The notes beneath the pieces were generated by a model, which saw nothing but the letters and a program-made list of their open reading frames with translations, had not been told where the DNA came from and ran no database searches. A DNA stretch of 64,000 nucleotides, taken from Nitrospira sp. (GTDB taxonomy: Bacteria > Nitrospirota > Nitrospiria > Nitrospirales > Nitrospiraceae). This document shows, piece by piece, positions 28,886-38,071 of the stretch; positions within the stretch are counted from its first letter, which is position 1; every line of letters begins with the position of its first letter. Made by a program: the position numbers and the translations under genes. The stretch covers positions 3,552,001 through 3,616,000 of the forward strand of contig AP038806.1 of the NCBI GenBank assembly GCA_047150005.1, given 5' to 3'.

Positions 28886-30079
28886 TCATGGCTTCCTTTC
28901 CGTCCCGGTCGACTGATCCACGGTCTGGTTGCTCTCCGTTCCGCCTTTCTCGTCGACTCCGCGAGGCAAGATCACGGTGGTGTTCCCGAGGCCTTGCGAT
29001 GGTGTCGTCTGTGGCCGGAAAATGCTTGTACTGCTATTCATGGTCGAGCTTTTCTTTTTCCCTTCTACACCAAATGACGTTTCGGCTTTCGGAGCGGCAG
29101 CCGGATTCTGCATGTAGTACTCGAATTGCACCGACTCGCTCCAATCGCTCACTTTTGGCTGATTGATCCGGACCCGCATCTCCCAGCTGCCGGGGCCTAA
29201 ATAACTGTCGGGAGCAGCCATTCCGCCGGAACCGCCGATGAGCGCGATCGGAACGTCGTAGTTATAGAAGGCTTGTCCTTTGAGACTCGCGGGCGGATTC
29301 AGCCACGTCAACTGGACTTGGACACGGGATCCTGTGAGGTATTTCGAGGGTGTGATTTTGAAGACGCCCTTGCCCTTTACGACAAAGCCTTTCGGTAAGT
29401 CGATGGTCGGGGCGTTGGGAAATGCTGACGGAGCGTTCTTCGCTTGCGACGGTGGAGCCATCCCTGGCTGGAGTGGCACAAGCGGGCCGCAGATCAGACC
29501 CAGTGCATTAATGAATTGACCTTTTCGGCCATGGACCCCCCGGGCGAATTCAGGGCTGGGACATTGAGCACGGTGGGTCGGCCGTTCCTTCGTAAGGTCG
29601 ATGAGCGGAGCGGGATCATAGGTGCCGAACGCAGCCATAATCCCTTCTTGTCCCGATGCGGTAAAACATTCCCCGTTAATGCCTTTCACAAATTTCTGTT
29701 CTCCGTTATCTCCGATAATCATCCAGTGCAACAATACGACGATGACCGCATTTGTCCCGCACAGCCTTCCCGGGATCGGATTTCCTCCCCTACTTGTTCC
29801 ATGTACCTGCCCAACCATGGGAGCACCGAGCGTTTTTCTATCCGCCGACAACGGTGCGCACAGAGTTGCAAGCTGATCGATCCAGGCGCCGGTTCGCCCG
29901 GAGAAGCCGACCAAGAAGGAACCGGCAGGGCACTCAGCCCTAAAATTGACCCCTCCTTGAGCTCCTTGAGCCGGTGTATCGGTTGCGAAAGCTCCGGTCG
30001 GGAACCAGACCAACGCTCCGGCCAACACAATCAGGCAACGATATGGGGATCTCAAGGGTGGCTGACGATGTCGTGTCAT
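28886..30079 (-). CDS. Secreted protein: domain D, domain C and PRGV tail
   Basis: AFA signal; FRAECPAGSFLVGFSGRTGAWID; GSWEMRVR...SDWSESVQF; LPRGVDEK...ERKP. Confidence 0.75.
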   Translation of the reverse strand: MTRHRQPPLRSPYRCLIVLAGALVWFPTGAFATDTPAQGAQGGVNFRAECPAGSFLVGFSGRTGAWIDQLATLCAPLSADRKTLGAPMVGQVHGTSRGGNPIPGRLCGTNAVIVVLLHWMIIGDNGEQKFVKGINGECFTASGQEGIMAAFGTYDPAPLIDLTKERPTHRAQCPSPEFARGVHGRKGQFINALGLICGPLVPLQPGMAPPSQAKNAPSAFPNAPTIDLPKGFVVKGKGVFKITPSKYLTGSRVQVQLTWLNPPASLKGQAFYNYDVPIALIGGSGGMAAPDSYLGPGSWEMRVRINQPKVSDWSESVQFEYYMQNPAAAPKAETSFGVEGKKKSSTMNSSTSIFRPQTTPSQGLGNTTVILPRGVDEKGGTESNQTVDQSTGTERKP

Positions 30080-30123
30080 GACTACACCTCCTGCTGATGC
30101 AGGGTCCTTCTCGCTTCTCGTGA

Positions 30124-30149
30124 GTCGTCATTCGGCGTAACTTGGTTCA
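30124..30149 (-). promoter_or_regulatory. Putative ECF promoter TGAACC-N16-CGAC
   Basis: Plus strand gtcg-tcattcggcgtaactt-ggttca, upstream of 30079. Confidence 0.7.
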
Positions 30150-30182
30150 AACCCACCAAAAGACTGATTTTCCACGTACAGG

Positions 30183-30208
30183 TGAACCTCTGCCCCCCTG
30201 CTCTCGAC
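30183..30208 (+). promoter_or_regulatory. Putative ECF promoter TGAACC-N16-CGAC (divergent)
   Basis: TGAACC-tctgcccccctgctct-CGAC upstream of the 27-aa ORF. Confidence 0.68.
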
Positions 30209-30255
30209 ACACCGGACGAGAACCGTTCAACGTCGCTCATAAGGAGGATCTCCCC

Positions 30256-30339
30256 ATGTGGATCATCGCTGTTATGCTGGTCTCCCTCGTCGTCCTGGCC
30301 ATCGCCACCATGCTGCTTGAGCGGAGAGAAGCGGAATAA
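30256..30339 (+). CDS. 27-aa single-TM small protein
   Basis: TAAGGAGG RBS; MWIIAVMLVSLVVLAIATMLLERREAE; own promoter motif. Confidence 0.65.
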   Translation: MWIIAVMLVSLVVLAIATMLLERREAE

Positions 30340-30366
30340 ATCATTGGAAAAGGGCTCCACATTCTT

Positions 30367-31821
30367 CTATGGCGAAGTGACGGTGCAGGGCACCGGCACC
30401 CACCGCGGCCCAGTGTCGCTGGGATTAGGCCGACAGGGTGGAGAGGAAGCGGCTCTCGCACCGACTGACGCAGCAAGGACCGCCGCTTCAATGGTCTTGT
30501 CGGGGAGTGCAGATATCTTGTTGATGCTGCGAGGCGTTACTCCGGACGGAACACCGATCGTCTCAAATCGCCTCCCGTCCGCCGTCAGGAAGAGCAGGTG
30601 CAGATCGTCCGACGGACCTGGTATGACCACCGCAATGGTGCGGGAGATCGGAATCTGGTGGGTGTCCCGGTTCGCATTGAAGAGCACGGTCCGCTGCCCT
30701 TCTTGCGCGACTCCGAGTTGGAGATCCAGGATGGTCCCGATTTCATAAGCGCCGACTTTGAGTTCCACAGCCTCTCCCTTCGCATCCGTGGCGTGAAACG
30801 GCTGGTCGAGCTTAAGCGCAACCGATTCGGCAATTTCAGGCGTTCCTTCCTCGATGACGGCAGGATCAGACGTTTCGGAAGTCTGCCCGTCCTTTTCCTC
30901 CACGCCTCGCGCAAAAAGCCCTGATTGGGCGAGCGCGCCCATCGAGGCGCCGGGCTTCGGAAATTCCGCCGACGGTTGGGTCTCCATACCTTGTGCAGCC
31001 TGGGCTTGCGCGGCCTGAGCCTGAACAGCCCGGGATTGAGTAGCGACCTGGGGCTGTTGCGGTTGGACCGTCATGGCCTGCGTCGGCGGGGATTGCTTGA
31101 CGATCGGAGACTGTTGCGGCTGAGTGGTCATGCTTTGGATGCGCTGCTGGTTGCTCATCCGTGCCGATCCCGGCTGGTTTGCCGCCTGGTATTGTTTGAT
31201 GAGTTGCTGCTTCAGCTTTGCCGACAGGGAGTCCTTTGTTATTGGGAAAGGCTTGTCTTCGATGACGCGAGGAAACGCTTCGCGTACATCGCTCGGGACA
31301 TACTCGCCAAGGCGTTGACAAGTCCCGCCTTGAAGCCAGGGGTCTTTGGTGCAACGTGCCGTCCAATAGACGACAATTCTTCTCTCTCCCGATCCTTTCA
31401 TTTGTCGGTTTGGGAAGAATTGCTCGTAGTTCTCAATGAAAAGCGTTTCCACTGCATTTGGACGGTCTTGGCGTGTCTCTGTCGGGTTCCATCGTCCTTC
31501 GAAGAAGAGGTGGATGACACCGTCGTGGTACTGACCTTCTTGCAATCCCACAGGACATTGCTCTTCAAAAGGATAGGAGGCGAAGCCGGGAGGGTTGGAG
31601 GCAAACCTCGCCGGTTTTTTCATCACCGGCCCAGGGCACCAGAGGAAGACCTTGTCGTCCGTACAATCACGGCAGAAGAGGACCGACCCCATGGCTTCCA
31701 CAGTGGCAGGGGTTGCAGAGAGACCGAACAAGAGTGCCACGACAACCAGCCAGGCAATCCGTGGTTCACGATACTGCTTGGCTTGAGTGACTACTGGTGT
31801 CACGAACCGTCTGTGATTCAT
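30367..31821 (-). CDS. Secreted protein: domain B, Gln-rich linker and C-terminal domain A
   Basis: YWTARCTKDPWL; FARGVEEK; domain A ending SGVTPRSI. Confidence 0.75.
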   Translation of the reverse strand: MNHRRFVTPVVTQAKQYREPRIAWLVVVALLFGLSATPATVEAMGSVLFCRDCTDDKVFLWCPGPVMKKPARFASNPPGFASYPFEEQCPVGLQEGQYHDGVIHLFFEGRWNPTETRQDRPNAVETLFIENYEQFFPNRQMKGSGERRIVVYWTARCTKDPWLQGGTCQRLGEYVPSDVREAFPRVIEDKPFPITKDSLSAKLKQQLIKQYQAANQPGSARMSNQQRIQSMTTQPQQSPIVKQSPPTQAMTVQPQQPQVATQSRAVQAQAAQAQAAQGMETQPSAEFPKPGASMGALAQSGLFARGVEEKDGQTSETSDPAVIEEGTPEIAESVALKLDQPFHATDAKGEAVELKVGAYEIGTILDLQLGVAQEGQRTVLFNANRDTHQIPISRTIAVVIPGPSDDLHLLFLTADGRRFETIGVPSGVTPRSINKISALPDKTIEAAVLAASVGARAASSPPCRPNPSDTGPRWVPVPCTVTSP

Positions 31822-31931
31822 GGCGGTCTCCTGATTCCCCTGTCCTCCCATGAGGTCATGACTGCTTCCACTAAATACACGCGGCGTTGTCACGCCGATC
31901 GCTTCTCGTTCCCTCGCCCTGAGACCGCTCC

Positions 31932-32906
31932 TTATGGTCCGAACATCTTCGGCGCCTTCTGGATCGCTTTCTTCGGAGCAGTAACCACGAACTCCACCCA
32001 GTCGCTCCACCCGGTCGCCGTCGGCGAAGACATCTGAGCGCTTAATCGCCAGGCGCCCGGACTCGTTGCACCGCCGGGAGGCGTGCCAGAGCCAAAGCCT
32101 GTATAGCCTGTCGGCGATTCTGCCGGGACGGCGCCCACAGGCAGCGTGGTATGAGCTACCCAGTTGCCGGAGGGATCCTTCCGTTCGAGCCGCACCGTGT
32201 ACATACGATTGGTATTCACAGGCCTACCATCGAGTCCGACTTGAGTGTCCACCCATCCCTTCGGTGGCGCAAGCTTGATGGGGACGTGGGTTCCATTGAT
32301 GAATAGCGCGTTGGGCGTCGGTGACAGGATGATCGGTGCAATGCGAGCCGGCCTTGGTTGCACCCCTTGCGTGATTCGCTGATTCCGTCGCTGGAGAGCC
32401 GCCGCCGCTTCAGCCTTCAGGGCCGCCTCACGTTTTGCAAGGAGCGGCCGGCGATCATACTGAAGTCCCGGGGTCAGGGGACTTTGGCGCTGACTCACAA
32501 TGGTTGTGAGGATTTCATTGTAGAAAAACACCATCTGGCCTTGTGAGGAGGTTTGCACCCCACCACAGGTGGTGCTGCTCAGCCAGGGATCACTCCTACA
32601 CGTCATCACGCTCTGGATTTCGCCGCTGGCAGGATTGTGCACTTCGTCGATCAATACAATACGCTCCTGCACGCGACCGTCTTTTGAACGGTAGGCACCT
32701 TCCGCGGTCCAGCGATATGAAACGAAGTTCCTCACTCGGCAAGTACCGGAAAGTTTGTAGCTCGAACGGGTCGCGCTGATGTCGTCGACGATGGACACCA
32801 ACAGACAAGCGTTAACAAAGTCGTCTTCTTTCGTATATTCTATGGCTCGTGTCTCCTCCTCAGGCCACAATAGAACCACGAGCAGTACGGACCAGAACAC
32901 ATTCAT
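31932..32906 (-). CDS. Secreted protein: divergent domain B plus domain C
   Basis: MTCRSDPWLSSTTC; GAWRLSAQ...GWSDWVEF; ATGA overlap with lnt. Confidence 0.72.
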   Translation of the reverse strand: MNVFWSVLLVVLLWPEEETRAIEYTKEDDFVNACLLVSIVDDISATRSSYKLSGTCRVRNFVSYRWTAEGAYRSKDGRVQERIVLIDEVHNPASGEIQSVMTCRSDPWLSSTTCGGVQTSSQGQMVFFYNEILTTIVSQRQSPLTPGLQYDRRPLLAKREAALKAEAAAALQRRNQRITQGVQPRPARIAPIILSPTPNALFINGTHVPIKLAPPKGWVDTQVGLDGRPVNTNRMYTVRLERKDPSGNWVAHTTLPVGAVPAESPTGYTGFGSGTPPGGATSPGAWRLSAQMSSPTATGWSDWVEFVVTAPKKAIQKAPKMFGP

Positions 32907-34594
32907 GAGATACACTCCTTTGAGCGGGTATGTTTCATCGTTGCTGCCGAGACGTCGCCGAATCGACGATCTGGAGGGGCCGACGGTTTCGGCGGAATGG
33001 TCCTCCTACGCCCTACGGACCGAGCATGACAGATCATTCCCCCTGCCAAGCTCAATAGACCGACGAGCATGGCGCTATCGCCGGTGATCGTGTAAAGGGT
33101 GGGCCCGGCGCCAACCGTGACCTCACCTGTGACCACCCCCTCGTGGAACAGCCCTGGCACACCCGTGACCACCTTTCCATAGGAGTCGATAATCTGTGAC
33201 GGACCCGTGTTCGACGCGATCACAATCGGCACTCGATTCTCTACGGCGCGCATGACCGACATGAGGTTGTGCTGGAGCGGGGCCGCGCTTCGGCCGAACC
33301 AGACGTCGTTCGTCAGCTGCACCAGTACATTGGCCCCCTCGCGAACCGATTCTCGCGCAAGGGAAGCAAAAAGATTTTCCCAGCAGATCAGTGCACCGGC
33401 AGAGAGGTCGGTCGTCACGTTGAAGAGTTGCGAGTGATCGCCGGGTGTCATTTCTGTCACACGCGGCGCGAGCCATTCAGGCCATGGGATGATCTTCGAC
33501 TGAGGCAAGTACTCGGCGAAAGGAACAAGAACTCGTTTGCGATAGGGCTGACCCGATGGTTGACCGGGCTTGAGTAGATGAGCGCTATTAAATATGCGGC
33601 GACCGATCGTGATTTCCGAGTCTCCCGTCGCGAACTTCTCTACTTGGGCTGCGCCGACGATCAACGACGTCTCGATCTCGTCGACCAGGCGCTGCAATCG
33701 AGCGGTCAGGATTGAGTCTGATCGTAGCTCGCCTGGGATTGCGCTTTCCGGCCAGACAATGAGGGACGGACGATCAGCCGCGACCCGCCGTGTGAGTTCT
33801 TCCAGGCGTCCTAAGCTGGCTTCCCGCCCGTCTTCTGTTGTTCGGTCTGCAAGTTGAATGTTCGGTTGGATGGCGACGACTGAGACGTTCGCTCCTTGAG
33901 GCTGGTTGAACAATACCGTGGCGCCCCACAGATGCGTCAGCACGAGGGCGATGATGGCTATTACCGCCGATCGTCGATCGATGCCGAGGATCAACCCGGC
34001 AAGTGCAACATTGCCCAGCGCGACAAAGAAGGTCACGGCATGTTCACCGCCGAGACTTGCGATCTGAAGGACGGCGAGGTTGCTGTGTTGGGTTTGCGCG
34101 AGGGTCCCCCAGGGAAGGGCCAGAAAGCCGGCATGCGCACGCAGATAATCGGCGACGACCCAGAGGATCGGACCGGTGAGAATGAGAGGCGCATGGCGGC
34201 GGGCTACCCACGCCACGGCTGCGCACCATAGAGTGGGGTAGATCGCCACGTAGAGCGCCAGCACGATCGCATGGCGCAAATCGAAAGCGGGAACTTCAAA
34301 TAGCCAGCCATAAATACCGAAACTCGACACAATCCCAAACAGGAGGCCAAGGCCTGCGGCTCTGAGCGGCGCAAGGTCGTGGCACGCCACCATGAGGGGA
34401 ACCAACGCCACCCAGCCGAGCCAACCGACGTCCGGACTGGGCAACGAGCAGATCAAGAGCCCCGCGGACAACAAGGAGGACACAATTCTCGTGAAGGGAC
34501 ATTCGAGGGCCTGTTGACGGCGAAACGATCGCGGAGCAACTGCGAAGCTGCCTGATAACGAAAGGACAGGGCTTGTGTACGAGTCCTTGTTCAT
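32903..34594 (-). CDS. lnt: Apolipoprotein N-acyltransferase
   Basis: Multi-TM N-terminus; nitrilase triad WPES, YRKRVLVPFAE, ICWE; TNDVWFG; RAVEN. Confidence 0.93.
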   Translation of the reverse strand: MNKDSYTSPVLSLSGSFAVAPRSFRRQQALECPFTRIVSSLLSAGLLICSLPSPDVGWLGWVALVPLMVACHDLAPLRAAGLGLLFGIVSSFGIYGWLFEVPAFDLRHAIVLALYVAIYPTLWCAAVAWVARRHAPLILTGPILWVVADYLRAHAGFLALPWGTLAQTQHSNLAVLQIASLGGEHAVTFFVALGNVALAGLILGIDRRSAVIAIIALVLTHLWGATVLFNQPQGANVSVVAIQPNIQLADRTTEDGREASLGRLEELTRRVAADRPSLIVWPESAIPGELRSDSILTARLQRLVDEIETSLIVGAAQVEKFATGDSEITIGRRIFNSAHLLKPGQPSGQPYRKRVLVPFAEYLPQSKIIPWPEWLAPRVTEMTPGDHSQLFNVTTDLSAGALICWENLFASLARESVREGANVLVQLTNDVWFGRSAAPLQHNLMSVMRAVENRVPIVIASNTGPSQIIDSYGKVVTGVPGLFHEGVVTGEVTVGAGPTLYTITGDSAMLVGLLSLAGGMICHARSVGRRRTIPPKPSAPPDRRFGDVSAATMKHTRSKECIS

Positions 34595-34605
34595 CTTGCT
34601 CCCAG

Positions 34606-35568
34606 TTAGGCATCCTCCTGCACACTGACTTCCATAAACTCCGCCGTCCCTCGTTCCAGGTACCAATAGAAGTTGTGCGAGCCTGGTGCAAGGTGAACGT
34701 AACTCCAGTGGTTGTAGACATTGGCGCCCGATCCATAATCGAACTGCTTGACGACGATGCCGCCTTTTACAAGAGAAGCCTTCGCATTGCTCATGAAGCC
34801 CACAACATTCACGTAGTACATGCCTTCCCGAGGTACCGTGACATTGAACACCAACCATGATTTGCCCTGCGGACTTTCAATATGAATTCCCGCATCCAGC
34901 ACCGGCCTGAAAGGATCAAACTGCCAAATGCCCCTAAAGGTGAGACCGGAATTCTTGGGGTCTTTGGCAGTGAAGACCGCTTTGAAGGGTTCCGCAGCTT
35001 GTGCCTCACCTGGCCGGAAGAGGCTGGCCAGGGAGAACGCCGACTGTCCGTCTGAGGGGAGTTGCGAGAGGTGTAGTCCCCGCCGCTTGGCTTCCTCAAT
35101 CATCTCGCGGCCGCCCGGCTCGGCAAGCAGAAAACCTCGCAATTGCTGAATCGTAGGTGTGGGGCGTGGCGGCATATTTGGAGGCATCATCGCTCTTCCG
35201 GGCAGTTGCATTTCCGGTGGAGCAGCCTGTGCAGGCGGCAGGGCATTCGTCCGGCTGAACAAATTCAATTTGCCCATTCGTCCTTCGAACGTATTGGGAA
35301 ACGTCTGAAGGGGGGAGGGCGTGGCGTTCAATCGTTGCGTCTGTATCAATTCCGGTGGCAACGCCGTTTCGGCCGGAAATTTCGGCAGGAGAAGCGCACG
35401 AGGAGCGACTGGAGAGGCAACAGGGCTCGTCGGGGAAGGTTTCCCTGCTTGCACCACCGGCTGGATCAGTCTGTCGTTTGGGCCGGCCTTGACCTCGTGC
35501 GAAACCGTGAGCCATATCGTCGTCGCCCCGCCAAGAGCGATGGTCAGCATCAGAAGTGAGCGCCTCAT
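34606..35568 (-). CDS. Secreted hypothetical protein (family P3)
   Basis: Signal ending VKA; Pro-rich; C-terminal GMYYVNV...LAPGSHNFYW. Confidence 0.72.
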   Translation of the reverse strand: MRRSLLMLTIALGGATTIWLTVSHEVKAGPNDRLIQPVVQAGKPSPTSPVASPVAPRALLLPKFPAETALPPELIQTQRLNATPSPLQTFPNTFEGRMGKLNLFSRTNALPPAQAAPPEMQLPGRAMMPPNMPPRPTPTIQQLRGFLLAEPGGREMIEEAKRRGLHLSQLPSDGQSAFSLASLFRPGEAQAAEPFKAVFTAKDPKNSGLTFRGIWQFDPFRPVLDAGIHIESPQGKSWLVFNVTVPREGMYYVNVVGFMSNAKASLVKGGIVVKQFDYGSGANVYNHWSYVHLAPGSHNFYWYLERGTAEFMEVSVQEDA

Positions 35569-35631
35569 GGTGTCCCCCCCCGCATTGGGCCTGTTGCTCA
35601 TCCTAATTCAAACGGCCGGTGTCCATGACTC

Positions 35632-36216
35632 TCACCCTTCGATCTTGGCTTTGAGAATATGGGTTTCCAGGAATTCAACAGAGCCGCTCTCCAGGGTCCA
35701 GTAAAAGAAATGAACACCAGCCCTGAGCTCTACCAGCGCCGGATACAGGTGCATTCCCTGCGGCCGGTTCCTGTAATCCCAACTGGCTACATTCACCGGC
35801 GTCGGCGCGGCAGACGTTAAGCTGGCTCGGGCGCCCGGCCCGCTGATCACGCAGTTCACGATGTACCATCCATCTTTCGGAGCTTTGACCATGATCAGGA
35901 CGCGCGCCGGCCCGTTGTCGAGCGAATTGACGATGGTGGGGCTCGTCATCATCACCTTATTGTTGCCGGACATCGTGACGCCGATGAGAAAAATTGAGCT
36001 GCCTTGGAGGGAACGGTTCTCTCGCGGCGTCAGCGTTTCCGGCAGGGACTCGTCAGCAGGCCCGATCGGTCCGGACCGACCCACGGCCAAGGTGTCCGGA
36101 GGGGAGAGCCATTTCAAAGGCGATCCATTAGGCGGAAGGCTCAGCCAGAGGCATCCCGCCATAATGGGGACAAGAACTACCGGAGACAGAACGGCACGCG
36201 TTCGTCTTCGATGCAT
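35632..36216 (-). CDS. Exported hypothetical protein (family P3)
   Basis: GGAGG RBS; C-terminal GWYIVNC...LRAGVHFFYW. Confidence 0.7.
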   Translation of the reverse strand: MHRRRTRAVLSPVVLVPIMAGCLWLSLPPNGSPLKWLSPPDTLAVGRSGPIGPADESLPETLTPRENRSLQGSSIFLIGVTMSGNNKVMMTSPTIVNSLDNGPARVLIMVKAPKDGWYIVNCVISGPGARASLTSAAPTPVNVASWDYRNRPQGMHLYPALVELRAGVHFFYWTLESGSVEFLETHILKAKIEG

Positions 36217-36261
36217 ACGTCCTCCTCTCGGTTGGGACGGACCGGGGGTTCGTTCTCCTTT

Positions 36262-36286
36262 GTCGATGCATCTCCCTGAAGGTTCA
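36262..36286 (-). promoter_or_regulatory. Putative ECF promoter variant TGAACC-N15-CGAC
   Basis: Plus strand gtcg-atgcatctccctgaa-ggttca, upstream of 36216. Confidence 0.55.
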
Positions 36287-36295
36287 AGTCACCCG

Positions 36296-36931
36296 TCACT
36301 TTCCCGTTCCCTTCAGCGCATCCGTCCAGGCCTTCGCGGCCTTCGCGTCGGTCGCGGCGGGCTTCGTGCATTTCTTGCCGCGCACGCCGTAACTGATGGT
36401 TTCGGTCCGAATCGGGCAGGTGCCGAAGGGCGTACCGAACTGGACGACGCCCTCGATCACCGTGAGAATGCTTTGCCCGTCTTCCTGGACTTTCAGGTTG
36501 AACTCCGTTTCCTTCACCGCTGCTGTGGCCACCGGCGTCTCCACCTCGAACCGTTTCGGTCCGCCGGCGGTCTTCGCCCAGACTTCCCCCTCTTTCAAAC
36601 GGAGGATCCGCACCGTCGGCTTGTCCTTCTCCCATCGAGATAACAGTTTGAACGACGTGTTCTCGTTGAGCGCCACCTCGATGCCTTCCGTGAATGTGAT
36701 GAGGGCTTGGCTGCCGGCGTCGGTCTTGAGGACATCGCCTTCATAGAGGGGGACATTCCCTTTGCCCTGCAACCGTTGCTGTACGCCGTCGGTTCGGACG
36801 ATGACCAGCGTGCCGATGGCGTTGGTGGCCGTTCCCATGGGAGTATTGTCGGCGTAAGCCGTCGGAAGCGTGGCGAGGTTGAGCACTCCGAGCAGGAGAA
36901 CCGCGATCATCGCATCTCGTAGAATCGTCAT
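36296..36931 (-). CDS. Secreted FecR-domain protein
   Basis: AYA signal; LYEGDVLKT, VALNENT, LKEGEVW, VETPVATAAVKETEF. Confidence 0.82.
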   Translation of the reverse strand: MTILRDAMIAVLLLGVLNLATLPTAYADNTPMGTATNAIGTLVIVRTDGVQQRLQGKGNVPLYEGDVLKTDAGSQALITFTEGIEVALNENTSFKLLSRWEKDKPTVRILRLKEGEVWAKTAGGPKRFEVETPVATAAVKETEFNLKVQEDGQSILTVIEGVVQFGTPFGTCPIRTETISYGVRGKKCTKPAATDAKAAKAWTDALKGTGK

Positions 36932-36987
36932 GGTGTTAACTCCTTCAGGTCTTGGTCGATGTCCCTGTCCAGTGTGAGCACCGGTGG

Positions 36988-38028
36988 CTATCTGGAAACG
37001 ACGACTCGGATCGGCTTGCGGCCGACCGGCACCGTCGCGAGCGTTTGGCCGGTTCCCGTGTCGATCACGCGGATTTCATTTCCCTTGTCGTGCGCGACGA
37101 AGAGACGCGTGCCTTCCGGATTAGACCAAATACCGTTCGGGCTTTCACCGACGGCGATTTCGTCCATGATTTTGAGTTCCTTGAGATCGCCGCCGAGTCC
37201 CACCACCTTGTTCTGGCTGCCGACCGTCACGTAGGCCAGGGGACCGGTCGTGCCTTTGTACGCGAAGGCGATCTGTTGAGGCTTGTCGCCCACGGCGAAG
37301 GTGCCGACCTTCTCATGACTCTCCGGGTCCAGGACGTATACGTCGTTTTGGCCGGTATTGACGCCCCAGATATGTCCGTCCCGGCTCACGACCAGGAAAT
37401 GCGGATTGGCTCCGACTGGAATCGTCTTGACGACCTGATGGGACGTGATATCGATGACACCGACCGTTTTCTCTCCTTGAGAGCTGACGAACGCATACCG
37501 CCCGTCGTGTGAAAAGGTCAGACCGGTCGGACCCTTGCTCACCGGGATCGTCCCGAGGATTCTGAAGGTGGTGGTGTCGATGATCGAGATCGTATTGTCG
37601 CCGATGTTGGCGACCCAGAGCTGGCTATCGTCGTTGCTGAGCGCGACGACATGGCACCGTTCGCCAGTGTAGATCGATGCGATCGTTTCTCGTTTCGCCG
37701 TGTCGATGACGGAGACTCGCCCGGATGCCAAGTTACTGGCGTACAGGCGGCGGCCGTCTCGGCTCACGGCCAAGTCGTGTGTCGAATGGTTGAGCGCAGC
37801 AATCGTGCCGACCGATTGAAAATTCGTGGCGTCGATCACGCTGACGTCGTTGCTGCTCTCGTTGGCGACATAGATGCGGGAGGGGACTGGAGCGAGCGCC
37901 GACGTCGATGACGGCACGGAGGCCGTGGGCATGTCATACGACCCTATCTTGGTGGGTTCGAAGGCGCCGGCACAACCGGCGATCCCCGGCGCGAGGCACA
38001 CAAAAAGAGCGAACCGATCTATACGCAT
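36988..38028 (-). CDS. YVTN/YncE beta-propeller lipoprotein
   Basis: IAGC lipobox; YVANESSNDVSVID-type repeats. Confidence 0.85.
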   Translation of the reverse strand: MRIDRFALFVCLAPGIAGCAGAFEPTKIGSYDMPTASVPSSTSALAPVPSRIYVANESSNDVSVIDATNFQSVGTIAALNHSTHDLAVSRDGRRLYASNLASGRVSVIDTAKRETIASIYTGERCHVVALSNDDSQLWVANIGDNTISIIDTTTFRILGTIPVSKGPTGLTFSHDGRYAFVSSQGEKTVGVIDITSHQVVKTIPVGANPHFLVVSRDGHIWGVNTGQNDVYVLDPESHEKVGTFAVGDKPQQIAFAYKGTTGPLAYVTVGSQNKVVGLGGDLKELKIMDEIAVGESPNGIWSNPEGTRLFVAHDKGNEIRVIDTGTGQTLATVPVGRKPIRVVVSR

Positions 38029-38071
38029 GATGATGCCTCCATGATGACGATGGATGATGTGGAACGGGCAA

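Noticed and set aside
32903..34858. Longest-ORF starts (34858, 19301, 23207, 22489, 32010, 16041)
   Set aside because: Most overlap upstream genes or remnants. Downstream ATGs, mostly with an RBS and signal peptide, fit better.
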